Shown in pieces: positions 51,401 to 63,317 of a DNA stretch of 64,000 nucleotides. The stretch covers positions 35,588,001-35,652,000 of the forward strand of contig OZ076411.1 in the NCBI GenBank assembly GCA_964187785.1, written 5' to 3'. The stretch comes from Amphiscolops sp. MND2022 (Eukaryota). The translations under genes were made by a program, and so were the position numbers. Position 1 is the stretch's first letter. Every line of letters begins with the position of its first letter. A model generated the notes under the pieces. The model was not told the origin of the DNA. It made no database searches and worked only from the letters and a program-made list of their open reading frames with translations.

Positions 51401-54400
51401 TGGCGATTTTCACTTTTGTTCTGGCGGAAATGACATTAAGGTCGAGGCAATTCAGATGGACGAGGTACAGTTCGTGAAACACGGTAACGTTTCCGGACTA
51501 TCTGGTGATGTAATTCCGATAGTAGTTCACAAACTTGATTTTTTTTGGAGGTCTTTTTTTGTTTCAGAAAACGACAGTTTTGGAAGCATTTTCGGATTCT
51601 CTGCATTTGAGGGGCGATTCCCTCTGGTTACACAGTCAGTCCAAAGAGTTAGACTTTCTTGACACCGAACATGCACTTGGCCATTGTCACCCGCAGTCCT
51701 GTTTCTCTGACGCACTGAAAGACCTCGAGCAGGTTGGTCTTCAACTCCTCGCCGTTGTGGGTGGCTACCCCGATGTCGTCGATATACTGAGCACAATTGT
51801 TAGCTTTAATGAGTCTGTCGATATAATCCCTCATGGAGCTCGAGAAGAAGGAGAGAGATCTGCTGAGCCCTTGTGCGAGTCGCAGGTATGCAAATGTCCG
51901 ACTGGCCAAGTTAAGCGCCAACACTTCAACTGATTTCTGGTCGGCAATTTGCAGAACGTGGTAGGCTTGATAGTAGTCAAGCTCACAGAAGAGCTTCTTG
52001 CCTGTCAGGTGTTGGGCAGCGTCGCAGAGTGCGTTCACGCAGTGAATATAGTTTTTTAGAAAAGTCTGCGATGAGGTTGTTGCTTTTCCCCGTATTCACA
52101 AGCAGCCAGAGCCTCCCATTTGGTTTCATTGGCGCGAAAATTGGACTCGCGTGTTTGCTGAAGCAGGGTGTTGTGATAACTGTAGTACTGCATTAGGGCT
52201 AACTCGAGTGTCAAGTCATTCTTCAGGTTAACTGGGCAGGGCAACCTTTGGGTGTAAGCAGGCTGGTCTGTTGCAGGAATGAGTTTTGACTTGAACTCGT
52301 TGTTGACTCCTATGTCGAGGCAAGTCATTGCGAAAATGTCGTTGAACTCCAAAAATCTGTCTTTAATGTCTGCTCTGTCTTTTTTGTTGAGTTGTGAGTC
52401 CTCCCATTTGAAGTTTGCGAGAGAAAAATATGCTCTGTCATCTGGACTGTTGTATGGGTTTAATTTCTGCATTGATCCCAGTTCCTCAATCTTCTGTGAA
52501 ATGCGGTTCTGGATAGAGGTGTGAGTTGAGGTATCACCTGGATTGTCGGGTGTGGAAAACCAGTTGTTTTTGGACGCTTGCTGTTTTTCATTAGATTTGA
52601 GAAGATCGTGACGTACTCCATGGCCTGTTCGGAGTCATCATCTGCCAGGACTTTCTGTGCCGCGGAAAGGAGTGGGCGTAGCTGTTTGGCTTCTTGTGGA
52701 AAGAGGATGTGAAAGTCTGCTCCTGGCAGGTTCTTTTTGAGAGTGAATGAGTTAGGCGACGTATTGGCGTTTCGAATTTCGATTTTGGAATTTGTTGCCG
52801 TTGAGATTGAACTTGCCACTACTATCTCGTTGTCCCTACAGTTTCTTTGAACTTCCCGTCGCCGATGTGAGCTGGCCTATATTCGTTCTGGCCTCTATGT
52901 TCCCGTTTGCGACCTGATGTTTAAATGGGGGCTCCATCTCCTTGATTATTTTGTCGGGGCTAATAGATTTGATCTTGTCAAACTTACTCTCGGGAAGGTA
53001 ATTAATTATTGCTCCTGAATCAATGAATGCATCCATTGAAAATGTAGTAAAGTCCAATTTGACGAAGAGCTTTTTCCTTTTTTCAGGGTGCTGACAAGAT
53101 TGGGAAGCCTTGTTCATTAGTGTTTGGGCTTGTGATAGCGATATCATGGAGCTGTTGGTTGGTGTGAAGCCAGTCGGCGTCTTTTGCGTCGTTTGTTGAT
53201 CCGAGAGATTGGACACTTTTGTTGTCCTTTGTTTTGAGGGCTCGTTTGATTCAGCGGGCGCGTAGTGTTGTTTACAATGGAGGAATTTTGCGTTTTACTA
53301 ATTGCTGTGGCGGTTCCTTGAGAGTATTTGTGTTCGGGACTCTCTGGGCTTGATGAGGAATACGTTTTGACTGCACGTATTTGTTCGTTGCGGCTGGGAT
53401 TGTCTGCGGGACTGGAAAGCAGTCGGTAGCGGATTTTGGTTGAAGTTGACAATTGAATTAATGATGTCTGGTGGAGGTGCCACGAATACTGTTATTTCGG
53501 TGTCGTGTTCTTCTTCAGCCTGGTGTATGGTAGCATGACTTGTGTCGTCCTAGTAGAGTTAAAGAAAGTGGCGTTTTTGGACGTACCAGTCTGGGTAGGG
53601 AATTTTGTGTAGTGTATTCTTGTTGAACTTAATGAGCCTCCTGATGAGCTATCTCGGTTGACTGTTTTCCGCAACACTCCATGATCTTTTCTTCATCAAA
53701 ATTTTTCGGGGGTTCAGATGTGGTGTAGAATCTGAAGTCTGCAACATCTCCAAAACGAAGACGTGGCTTTAGAAAATTTTTGTTGGTGGGCTTGGGGTGC
53801 CACGATTTGTAGCTGCTGGATCATTTCCTGAGTCGGTTTCGCGGGAATGGGATTTTTTTGGTGGTGTAGTCTTTGGTGTTTTCTACCATGGTGGGCAGTT
53901 AGTCCAGTTGGCGCCTGAGTAGCAATTCTTGTTTTCGTTGCCCATTTTGCCACATGTTTCACAAGGTGTTGTTATGGTTGAGGTACGTGGTTTTTGTGTT
54001 CCTTTATATCGGTTGGCTTTTCTGCAGTTGCGGAGAAGGTTCCCTGGGTGGCCACAACTGAAGCGTGGGCCTGATGCTTTTTGTGTACACTCTTGGTTCC
54101 GGTTCGGGACATATTCCATGTTGTTGATGTCTGTGATCAAAGTCGCGTCCGGGATTGCGAGGCCATTCAGTTCCATTTCTCTTTCGAGGTGCTGGACTAT
54201 TGATTCGCATGAGGCTGTCTCCAGCATGGCTTGGTCGAGGACGCTTTTTAACTGGTTTGGCAATTTGGCAAAGAAAGATGATTCAATGAATCACGGGGCA
54301 TCGTCTGCGTAAGCTTCCTGTGCCAATTTCGGGTACGTTTCCAGGAAAACTTGTAGTTTGGGTTGTTGGTTCGAATTTAGGTTTTCCCAATTGCACCCGC

Positions 54401-55425
54401 GCGCCGTTGCCACTGATTGGGTTTTGACGTAACTTCTGCGCAATCCTACTATGACGTTTTAAGGTTGGTTTATTTGTGGAGTCCGTCATGTTGTGGAAAA
54501 TTTAGAGTGCGTTTCCCCTTAATAGGGAGTGGAAGTAGTAGAGTTTTTCTTCCCCGTTTTATTCGGGTGGACTTTTGAACTTGTTTGGTACATTTCTTTG
54601 AAATTCTTGAACTTGTCTGTCTTGCCGTCGAACGTAGGCATCGTTGTAGAGAGTGCTTTTGGCAAGCGGTGCAGATGGTTGTTCCATCTACTAGCAGCAG
54701 ATAAGGATTCGAGTAGTTTCTCGATAATTTCATGTGACCGCCTCTGGTTTAGATGCTGCAGGCTTGATGAACGTGCGTAGGGAGTAAGGTTGGGGTCATT
54801 AGTGACTCCTGTCACCATGTTGATGCCAGCGATGTTGGTATCGTTTAAAGTGTCATTTTCGATATTCAACAAGTTTTGTGGAGTCCTCCTAAGTGCCACT
54901 TCTGGAATTGGAGCATCCTTGTTCTAGGGAAGCGTTTGACAGGTTGTCAACTTTGGAAAGTAAATTTTCGGTTAGACGGATTCCTAGACCTTCTATATTC
55001 TACCTTATTCGTTACATCTCCGAAATCTCTCTCAGTTAGACTAGGGCTTTCTTCAACAATTGAGCTAGATGTTTCAAATACTTCGTGATCACTTGGCGGG
55101 TCTCTTCGCAACTTTCTTGATTGGGTTTTCTCTGGCATGGTTAGGGAGAAAGAGTTCGGCTTGGCAACAATTCAATTGAATATGGTAGTTTCTTTTAAAC
55201 CGTTGGAGATAATTCGGTCTATTACCACGCTCCTGTTCAAGTAGTACAGAAGGCAGAGTTATTGCTGCTAACAACAAAATAATAAAGTCGATGCAATTGT
55301 CAATACAAAATTACTTGCCGATTGAAAAGTCAAGACTGTGATTCACAAAATGAAATACCGGTTTAAGTTGAGATGGAAAATAATGATTTTCTTAACCCGG
55401 CTCCAGGTGTTTATACTTTACGCTA
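48423..55425 (-). mobile_element. pol: Ty3/Gypsy G1 internal region (gag-PR-RT-RH-IN), decayed
   Basis: gag MPTFDGKTDKF with degenerate knuckles (CGHPGNLLRNC, CETCGKMGN), protease AFIDSGA, RT LDYYQAYH, YLRLAQGLSRS and QYIDDIG, RNase H MTDANF, IYAKEFL and LTDNKSVTRF, and integrase HPGIKKVMQQCREKYYFPGL. Confidence 0.93.
51031..51495. mobile_element. ~465-bp foreign insertion between G1 RT and RNase H
   Basis: It interrupts the RT-connection coding sequence, is flanked by direct GACTAT repeats (51025-51030 and 51496-51501), and carries internal TTCGCCAAA / TTGGCCGAA-type motifs. Confidence 0.55.
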
Positions 55426-55778
55426 GACAGCAGGAAAATCTCGCCCGTGGTTTCACATCGTGTTCAAGCCACCGTCCTTTCTGAAGCGGGAAAATACTAG
55501 TAAGGTAGGCTTCATCAGGACTAGGCGTTCCGCGTCATCTAACATTTAAGGAAAAGAGGGATTCGACTTCCTGCCGCATCCCGATTCGGTGTCCACCTCC
55601 TCCTAATCCCCCGCCAATTCGAGACACCGAACCAATGTTGGCACTGAAATTTATGAGCTCCTGAAGCGGGAAAAAGGAATGAAATTTACAACGAAGAAAA
55701 TGCTAATCTTTTGATCAGACTGAACTTAATGAAGGTGGGCTTTCAAAGTACCTAAATTAAACGACAAACACGGTTAAC

Positions 55779-56631
55779 TGGTATTTTAAACAATTTTGGT
55801 AAATTAACACACGGGCAACTCTCCTGACAATTTGCTCGGATTGGGATCTCCGAATTGTTGGCCAGAAGGTCGACCTAAATCATTAGAAGCAACAAGTTAT
55901 CTGATTCATTTAAACTATACCAAAATTAGCAACTATAGTTCAATGGGAAATTAGCACTAATTTCTGCATGTGGAATTGGCAAGCAACGCAACTTAAAGTT
56001 GGAGAAAAAAAGTGCGTTTCAACATTCACATGTAAGTTGTCACAGTGGTCGACCCAGTATATATAGATAGTGGATGGTTACTTTGGTACATTGAATATGC
56101 TAAATCATTGTAATTACAGCATGGTATAGCGCGACAGTACTCAGTTCTTACAAGAAAATAGTATGTTACTATACATTAATACATTCACGGTTGATATTTA
56201 CGTGAATTTGCTGGTGGGTTGTTCCAGCGGTTGGCTCAGATCTGAAAGTTATTATGATTCAACATTGCATCAGAATAGCATTATCATTGGTTTACAAGCC
56301 TCATTTTCCTTCCATTAAACTTCTCTTTGGCCGGGAAATTCACGTTTGTGATGTTATATTTCATTGTATGATTTGCACAATTGAATATTATAGTCGAGCA
56401 GCCAGGCGGTTTCCCAAGCTTCTATCCACTGGTAATCTATTTGGAGCTGCTACTCTGCCTACTTATCAATTTAGCGCTTAACGCTGATTGGTCAATTAAC
56501 TTGGTCGTTACTGTGCGCTTGTATTCACTGTTCTCGTATAAACTGCGCTCCAGTCAACGCGCTAGCTGAAAAAAATTCAGTCAGTCTGGCTCTTTGACTG
56601 CAAATAAACACTGTACTTGATGTTATTTACA
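55779..56631 (-). repeat. Gypsy G1 5' LTR
   Basis: On the minus strand it reads TGTAAATAACATC...AAAATACCA and is homologous to 26173-27014. Confidence 0.85.
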
Positions 56632-57584
56632 GTTTCAGTTTTCTCATTACTTCCTCCGCCTTCTTCTTTAGGCATTCTTGCTTCGTTTAGTGTTCCGCAG
56701 CTCTACGGGGGCTGCGACAGATATGATTTCTTCATTTAGCTGAGGATTATCAATACTCTCCTTTTTCAAAGTGAAGCAATTTAAAATGATCTTTGGCTAA
56801 TACGTGTCAGATGAAGCAAAAATACACTTTAATCCATTTCCGGAAACAGGGGATTTTTGAGAGTTTTCTAAAAATTTTTAATGAAGTTGCACCTGCCAGA
56901 TTTTACACATCCTGTATTGATAATATACTTCATGTCTTACAAAAAATAATTTAGGTACACGTTTTCTCTATCCAATTTTGTATCAGTTTTAAAAAAGAAG
57001 AGATTCCGATTATTCAAATTGTACTTGGTACTACTGCGTAGAAAAGTCATTGTTGAACCTTTGATTAGTACTTGTTGAGGATTAAGTTTTAATTGTGAAC
57101 AATTTGGAACCGACATGTTCTAAAATAAATTGACTTTTGTTTTTGTCATTCAGAGGTTAGAAACTGTTTTAACAATTGAACTATTTACTTGGTTAGAATT
57201 AACAAAATTGGTGAGAGGTTGAATATTGCGGGTGGCAATTTCATCATTACCCTCTTTTGAATGATTTTTCTAAATTATTATTCAAAGCGTTGCCTAATTA
57301 TCTATTTTGTTTCTAGTTTTCCGTTACGGGTTCAAAACGTCTTCCTTATCATATTAAAAAACTTGCTTTTCCCAAGTGTTTCTTCCAGTCTTTCAGCTTT
57401 CAATGGAACTTGTTTTTCCAGATTTTTTAACTTTTCAATATCATCACGATTATGAATTGAATAGATTTATTAAACTTTAGTTTGGAAATTAGATTAAAAA
57501 TTATGTTTTGAAATGAGATTTGAAAAACTGAAATATTCGATTTTTCAAATCCAGAAATAAAATTCAGACATAAAATTATTGAAT

Positions 57585-57830
57585 TTTACCCAAACGTAAA
57601 TATTTCCCTAATTATTCACAGTATTTAACATCAGGAGCAGTTGCAGCAATAAGTTTTGCATCTTTACCTGCTGCTGCAGTTCCAAGATTTGCAGCTATTA
57701 TAAGAGTTCTTTCATAATCGTTGAATAATTTCTTTCCAACATTCTCTGCACCAAAAGTCTCCCAACCCTTCTGCTTGTGTAGTTTGATCATATACTGTAA
57801 ACTATTTATTTCTTTTACATGTTATACAAG
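57585..57830 (-). pseudogene. Polinton conserved small ORF remnant
   Basis: GKKLFNDYERTLIIAANLGTAAAGKDAKLIAATAPDV...GKYLRLGK. Confidence 0.6.
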
Positions 57831-57981
57831 TACCTCCTATTAAGTAACAATTAAGTAACAGACGCTGCTGTTTTTCATTCTGAGTAATATCGCCTTTTAA
57901 ATTGGAATTGACAGAATAGTGTTTACAACCAACACATTATGAATTATTTTTGAAATTAATGCAGCTCAATATTCATATAGG

Positions 57982-58890
57982 TTAAATCTTGATGATTTGA
58001 ATTGTGAATGTTAGAGATTCATTGTTGAAATCGACAGGGTTATGATTAGAGTCTTCGCGAAAAAAGTGAATCTTGTCTTGTTAATCGTTTTGTACAAAAC
58101 AGTGATCGGCTCTTTGTTAATTTTATATCCTGGCGGAGCATTGAACTTGAACAAAACTAGTACTTGTTCTCTAATTCGAATAACCAATGAGCCATCTACA
58201 CAATCACCCGTCAGATAAACTTTGTCTGTTTATGTTATCATAGTTTTCTCATGAGTAGTGAGTGTTTATAAAGTTCAGGTCTCTGTAAAGCTCTGAAATT
58301 CAACGAAAGGGGTCAAGTTCATCCTTGAAAGTTTTTGTTTTATATTTGTATTTTTATCAACTAAATCATATTCCAAGTAAATCATTTTTAAAGTCGAAGA
58401 AGGGAATTTTCATGGAAGCTTCGTTTTGTTGTTGGTCTCTATTAGTTGGTTGTTTGCTAAAGCTTCGAATATTTTCTCTAGTTTGTCCAAATCTTTTCTA
58501 GTAAGTTTCTTTTCTAAAAATAACTGTCAACAAAAAAATGCTTAAGCTTTTCTACAAAATCCTTCTTTTTGGAGAATTCATGAAAAAATTCAACATTCTT
58601 TACTAACCCATTGCCAACTCTACGTTTTCTCAGTAGTTGGTCATTGAGAAGAATTTTGTGTTTGTAGTTGGTGCGTGTTTCATTAAAAACGGTATTTTAT
58701 GCTTCTAAAGTTGTTACTCCAATCAACGAATTTTCAGACAACTCCAGGGGAACATTAATTGAAAAATATAAATTTTTTGTATTTTCATTTTAAATTCTTG
58801 AGTTTCTTGTGGTTTAGATTGAGTATTTCATCGATGAGCAAATGCGATTTTGCGATATTTAATACAAGAGAGCTCTTCTTTATCATAAGG
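57982..58890 (-). pseudogene. Polinton minor capsid (penton-like) protein remnant
   Basis: N-terminal NTQSKPQETQEFKM...FSINVPLELSENSLIGVTTLEA*NTVFN. C-terminal DKVYLTGDCVDGSLV..IREQVL..FNAPPGYKI.KEP..LYK.INKTR...EDSNHNPVDFNNESLTFTIQIIKI*. Confidence 0.7.
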
Positions 58891-59109
58891 TACAAAGTTT
58901 GATAGCTTCATTTGTTATGGAAAATTGTTCAGGGATTCTTACAAAAATCTTTAAATCCACAAAATGCAATTTCATCCATAAACTCTTGCTATCTACTTTT
59001 TGAAATCATTTTTTTCGGGTTTTGATTGGGTTGTGGTTTTGCTTGTTTAGATATGGCTTTAAAAAGAGCTGCATAATCAGTTTTTCTCATTCAACAATGA
59101 CAAAACTTC

Positions 59110-59480
59110 ATGACTTTCGCTGATAAAATAATTTTAAAACTGCATTTCTAAAACTCATAATCTGTGTAAGATATGAAATATGTGAAATAATCAGAGGCAA
59201 AAAAGCCATGGTTTTTCTGCGATTAGAATTCTGAAAAAATACCGCTATTCATTTGATTCATTTACCGGAGATGCACAGCAGTATGAATAAAAAAATCTTC
59301 AACAAAGATAACCCAGGGTATTTCTTCAATGGGCTGTAAATTAACTATGCTACTATTAGTGGTAAAAGCATCATCTCTCATGTAAATTCTAGTCTAAAAA
59401 CCTAATTTATACAGGACTTTTTTATTTTTCTCATTAGAAGTTGCTTCAATACAGTTTTCTAGCTGGAAAATTACTTGCTG
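59110..59480 (-). pseudogene. Polinton cysteine protease (adenain/Ulp1-like) remnant
   Basis: Frameshifted remnant IYMRDDAFTTNSSIVNLQP..EIPWVIF...(F)DSY.CASP...FRNAVLKLF. The GTHW catalytic His appears to be lost. Confidence 0.55.
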
Positions 59481-59559
59481 TTCATGAATGTGTCTGATGG
59501 TATGCATTAAAATCAAGATTTTTCAAATCTGTTTTTACTATTTCGCAAAAACTGTCAGT

Positions 59560-62020
59560 TAATTTTATCGTTTTGAAGAACGACTTGTTTAATTTAACTC
59601 TCCTGTTCCGAATCAGGATTTCTCATGAGACTTCTGACACTTCTGTCATTGAAGCTTATGCAAATTTTACAAACCCATCGATCATCGAGCAACATCGGTT
59701 GTTAGTGATTTTCGAATTAACACAAATAAAAAAGTTATAGTTGAAAAATTTTTCGATAAGAAGAATTATTGGCAAGATTTTTTTTCTCGAGATCTGGAAT
59801 CGAGCAACTGGAGCAAGTTTTACCGCCAAAATATCGCCGAGGATATGTTCTTAGTATACAGTAACAATTTTGAAAGATCTCTTGAAAAGTGAGTTACGAA
59901 AAGAAAAGTGTTGATACGCAATGATAAAAGCTCAATCACCATTCAAAATTCTTCGATCGAAAACGAATCAGAAAAAATGTTTGCAAAAATGGAAGAATTC
60001 ATGCATCCTGATGACATTACTTATAAATTAATTCAACAAAATTTTTGCGAGAAACTGAATGATAACCGCCTCAGTCACAAAACTAACACTTTCAAACAAC
60101 TCCAGTCAGATCGCCAAAAATGGAACTTCATAAATGAAGCTCGAAGTTTCAGAAGATGCAAAACGGAAACAGTATCTTTGAAGAAATCTTTTGGGGGTAT
60201 CATAACTGACCTAAAAAGATTGTATATTTACTCAACTACTGCTTCTCAAAACTCTATGACTCATCGGATCGAAAAAAAAACGTTTGATGAAGAAATTGAA
60301 ACAAGAGTCAAAGCGAAAAGCGAACGTGACTCTCAAATTTCAACTCATTACCCTGTTTACTTGCAAAAAGTTTGGTAAAGAACCCAACATAACATAACCT
60401 TTGGGTCTGTCCATTACCCCAGCTTGGGCTCTGAAAGATTCCATCAATGTGATAGCTGAGCCTCTCTGCTTTCTCATATACGCATTTTTGATTAACGGTA
60501 AGTTTCCAAGTGATCTTAAACAAGCTCATGTTTGCCCAATCTTCAAAAAGGGTGACACTGAAGATCCAAACAACTATAGACCTATTTCTATTACAGCAGC
60601 TTTATCCAAGATTTTCGAAAAAGTCATTCGTGAACAAATTACTAACTATACTGATAACAACAAATTTTTGGTTGGTACAATTTGGTTTCAGGAAAAATAT
60701 ATCCACGACGGATGCACTGGTTTTCACAACTGAAAAAATAAGAAAGGAAATTGATAACAATCACTTTGTTGCTGCCGCTTTTTTGGAACTATCAAAAACC
60801 TTCGACTCTATTTCACATGAAATACTTCTCAAAAAGCTGGAAACACTTCATTTTGATCAAAACGCAATTTCATTGTTACAATGTTTTCTCACTGGACGGA
60901 CTCAAAGAGTAGTTTTGTCCACATCCAAATCGGACTGGATTAATTAATAACTAGGCGTCCCACAAGGTACTGTTCTCGGCCCGTTGCTTTTCAATCTTCA
61001 TGTCAATAGTATGCAGAACATAGTGCCAGAAAGTTCAAATTTGGTGCAGTACGCTGATGATACGTTTGTCTTTGTTGCGGCAAATTGTATCAATACTGGA
61101 ATTACCAATCTTGAGGGAATTTAGAAAAACTAATTGATTTACTTCGTATCACATCGGTTCAACATAAACGCCAAAAAAACAGAGTTTATTGTCTTCAGTA
61201 AACCATCGAAAAATGCTTCGATAAAAAAGTCGAGTTACAAGTTCACAGTCATTCTATCAAACAAAAAGAGTGTGTAAAATATCTTGGTGTGCAATTGGAT
61301 CAGAACCTTGACTATCAGAACGAAGTGAGAAACATTCCATATATTTTTCCGTATACGGAAAATGGCCTGCGGTATCAAATCAATTTACTGTGTTCGTGAT
61401 TTTTTACCAACGAAAACGAGACTACTGTTACTAAATGCCCTTGTTATCAGCCACTTACAATACTCTTCTGTACTCTTGAATGGCATTTCTCGAAGCCTCA
61501 TTTCGACCCTGGAAAAGCAACTATATTGGGGAATCAAAGCATGCTTTATTAGATATAAAATGGATTCAGCACACGATCTTAGGTTACACTATCGAATTTT
61601 ATCGGTTCGTCATCTGCTGGACTTGAAAGCTGTTTTACTTTTCTGGAAATGGAAATACAATCATTCGCCCGCTTTTTCACTGCTTCAGATCGCCACTGCA
61701 AATCTGAAAACACACGAAAGAACATTAAATTTAACATATCATACTTTTGCCAATAGTGAGCAGTTGAAAAACAGCCTTTTCAAGAGAGCAGTACCTTTGT
61801 GGAACGCATGAAAACTGAAATTGGGAAATCAGACGTATGAAAATGTAAAGAAAAAGTTGAAAACGTTTTTTAATGAGAAATTTGTTAATGACATCGATAG
61901 ACCTCAGTATATTCAGAAATGTTGGAGAGAATATTGTTTCAAGTAGTCAATTTTTAATCCTCAATATTTGTTTTTCATACAATATTTTGTATTGTCCATT
62001 TTTTTAATAAAACGGTTCTA
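59560..62020 (+). mobile_element. 5'-truncated CR1/L2-type LINE (endonuclease tail plus RT), decayed
   Basis: FPSDLKQAHVCPIFKKGDTEDPNNYRPIS, QFGFRK, FLELSKTFDSISHEILL, GVPQGTVLGPLLF, QYADDT, YLGVQLD and C-terminal AVPLWNA. An AATAAA lies near 62006. Confidence 0.92.
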
Positions 62021-62052
62021 CACTGCCCTCCATGTATCTGTTTACATTTTAG

Positions 62053-62841
62053 ATATTTTATTTGAAGGAAAAGAGTGTTTTCTTTTTAGTCGGCGCTTTT
62101 CGAAGAAAAACGCAGACTATAGTAGTGACTTCTTTTTTTTCAAGACCAACGAACTGACAGATTTTATAAATTTTATAAGTTGGCACTAAACCGGCACTAA
62201 CACTAAACTGTGTCACGCTACTTCACTGCCACTTTGCCACTACGGCTTTTTCGAGGTCTGACAAGCAGAATGACATGGGTTCGAGTCCCGCCATGACCAT
62301 TTTTTTGTGCAAGTTTTTTTCGACTTTGTGAGACTTTTTTCGCAAATATCTCCAGAGGGTCCACCCTTAATTTTCATCTATTTTGCAAAAGAATGGATGT
62401 TAAAAAACTTCCAAAGGGCCCCATTTTACATGTTTCGGCACTATGCGACTTACGGGAGACCAAAAAATTTTTAAAAAATTCAAAAAAAAAATTGGAATTT
62501 TTTTTCAATTTTGCCTCAAACGGGTACTGTAGAAGAGAATACTTGACACTTTGAAGTCCTTTTGTTATTTTTGAGCCTTAGATATGGCGCGGACTTGGGC
62601 CGTTCCCGGCTTGTTTTTTACTTCAACGAATTCGCGTCTACCAGATCTTACGTTTACATTGGAATGGAAGCCGCTTGTACGTTCCAACTGATACTATTGT
62701 AAATGTGTCTGTTTGCAGGACAGAGTCATTTACCAAACTGGAATGAATGTTCACTTTGGATGGATAAATGACGAAGGTCGACTACGGTTTGAGCGCAGGG
62801 TTGATGACTGCCCATGGAATGATCGTCTTTTTTCCACTCAT
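62053..62841 (+). pseudogene. Probable disrupted paralogue of the gene 1 exon at 820-1048 (HINE insertion plus 2 frameshifts)
   Basis: FEGKECFL | HINE | FYFNE...FQL...VNVSVC...DRVIYQTGMNVHFGWINDEGRLRF aligns with YDGRWCIFYF...FQL..VINIT...AHNIFFGWMIPEVDIQF. Donor GTTAGT starts at 62842. Confidence 0.45.
62083..62615 (-). mobile_element. HINE-like element, copy 2 (longer internal region with a tRNA-like B box)
   Basis: Same ends as 30298-30664 (AGTCGGCGC at 62088-62096; GCGCGGACT...GGGCCGTTCCCGGCTTGTT). An extra internal segment contains GGTTCGAGTCC at 62278-62288. Confidence 0.7.
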
Positions 62842-63128
62842 GGTTAGTTTTCACGATTCATTACAGAGTAGAAATTGAAAAAAAAGAGAGCACCATGATA
62901 GTAATATTCGATTATAGGATCATGGCTCTATAGATCAACAATCGTTTTTGAAAAAAACGTTTAGAGTTACTGAAATATCAAAGGCAACAAAAATATTTTT
63001 GCGATGCTTTCAGACGAAGATGGCTCAGAAAAATCAACGGGAATACAAGACCATTCATTTTTGTCGTAAATTCAAGAAAACTTGATTATAGTCACGTAGT
63101 TGCAAGAGGATAATCAGCAATTGCACAG

Positions 63129-63317
63129 TTCTTGACACGGATTGTCTATGCTGGGGAAGTCATGGGTGTACGAACTCCCGATAGGTCAATGGTTTACCGT
63201 AATCTAGGTTACAGGTTTTACAGTTTGAAAAGAATAGATTGTGTTATGTTTCTGAAAAAAGAAGACTTTCCTTCTCGCGGATGTTCACCTCAAAAATATA
63301 AGAACAATCAAAACTAA
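63129..63317 (+). CDS. Candidate terminal exon of the gene 1 paralogue (FLTRIVYAGEVMGV...FYSLKRID...NNQN*)
   Basis: Acceptor TTGCACAG ends at 63128 and phase 0 matches the donor at 62842. It shows motif similarity to the gene 1 last exon (FLY..E..GL and LY..KR). Confidence 0.45.
   Translation, partial: FLTRIVYAGEVMGVRTPDRSMVYRNLGYRFYSLKRIDCVMFLKKEDFPSRGCSPQKYKNNQN

Larger units (their letters stand above)
56945..59520 (-). mobile_element. Polinton/Maverick (virus-like DNA transposon) relic
   Basis: Four consecutive degraded minus-strand ORFs resemble, from my recollection, invertebrate Polinton core genes: an adenain-like protease, a minor capsid protein, an AANLGTAAAG...GKYLRLGK ORF and a DIEKLKNLE...LEETLGK ORF. 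Confidence 0.7.

Noticed and set aside
56770-56915. Tc1/mariner-type TIR (minus-strand TACAGGATGTG)
   Set aside because: Only one end is seen, with no partner TIR or TA TSD pair.
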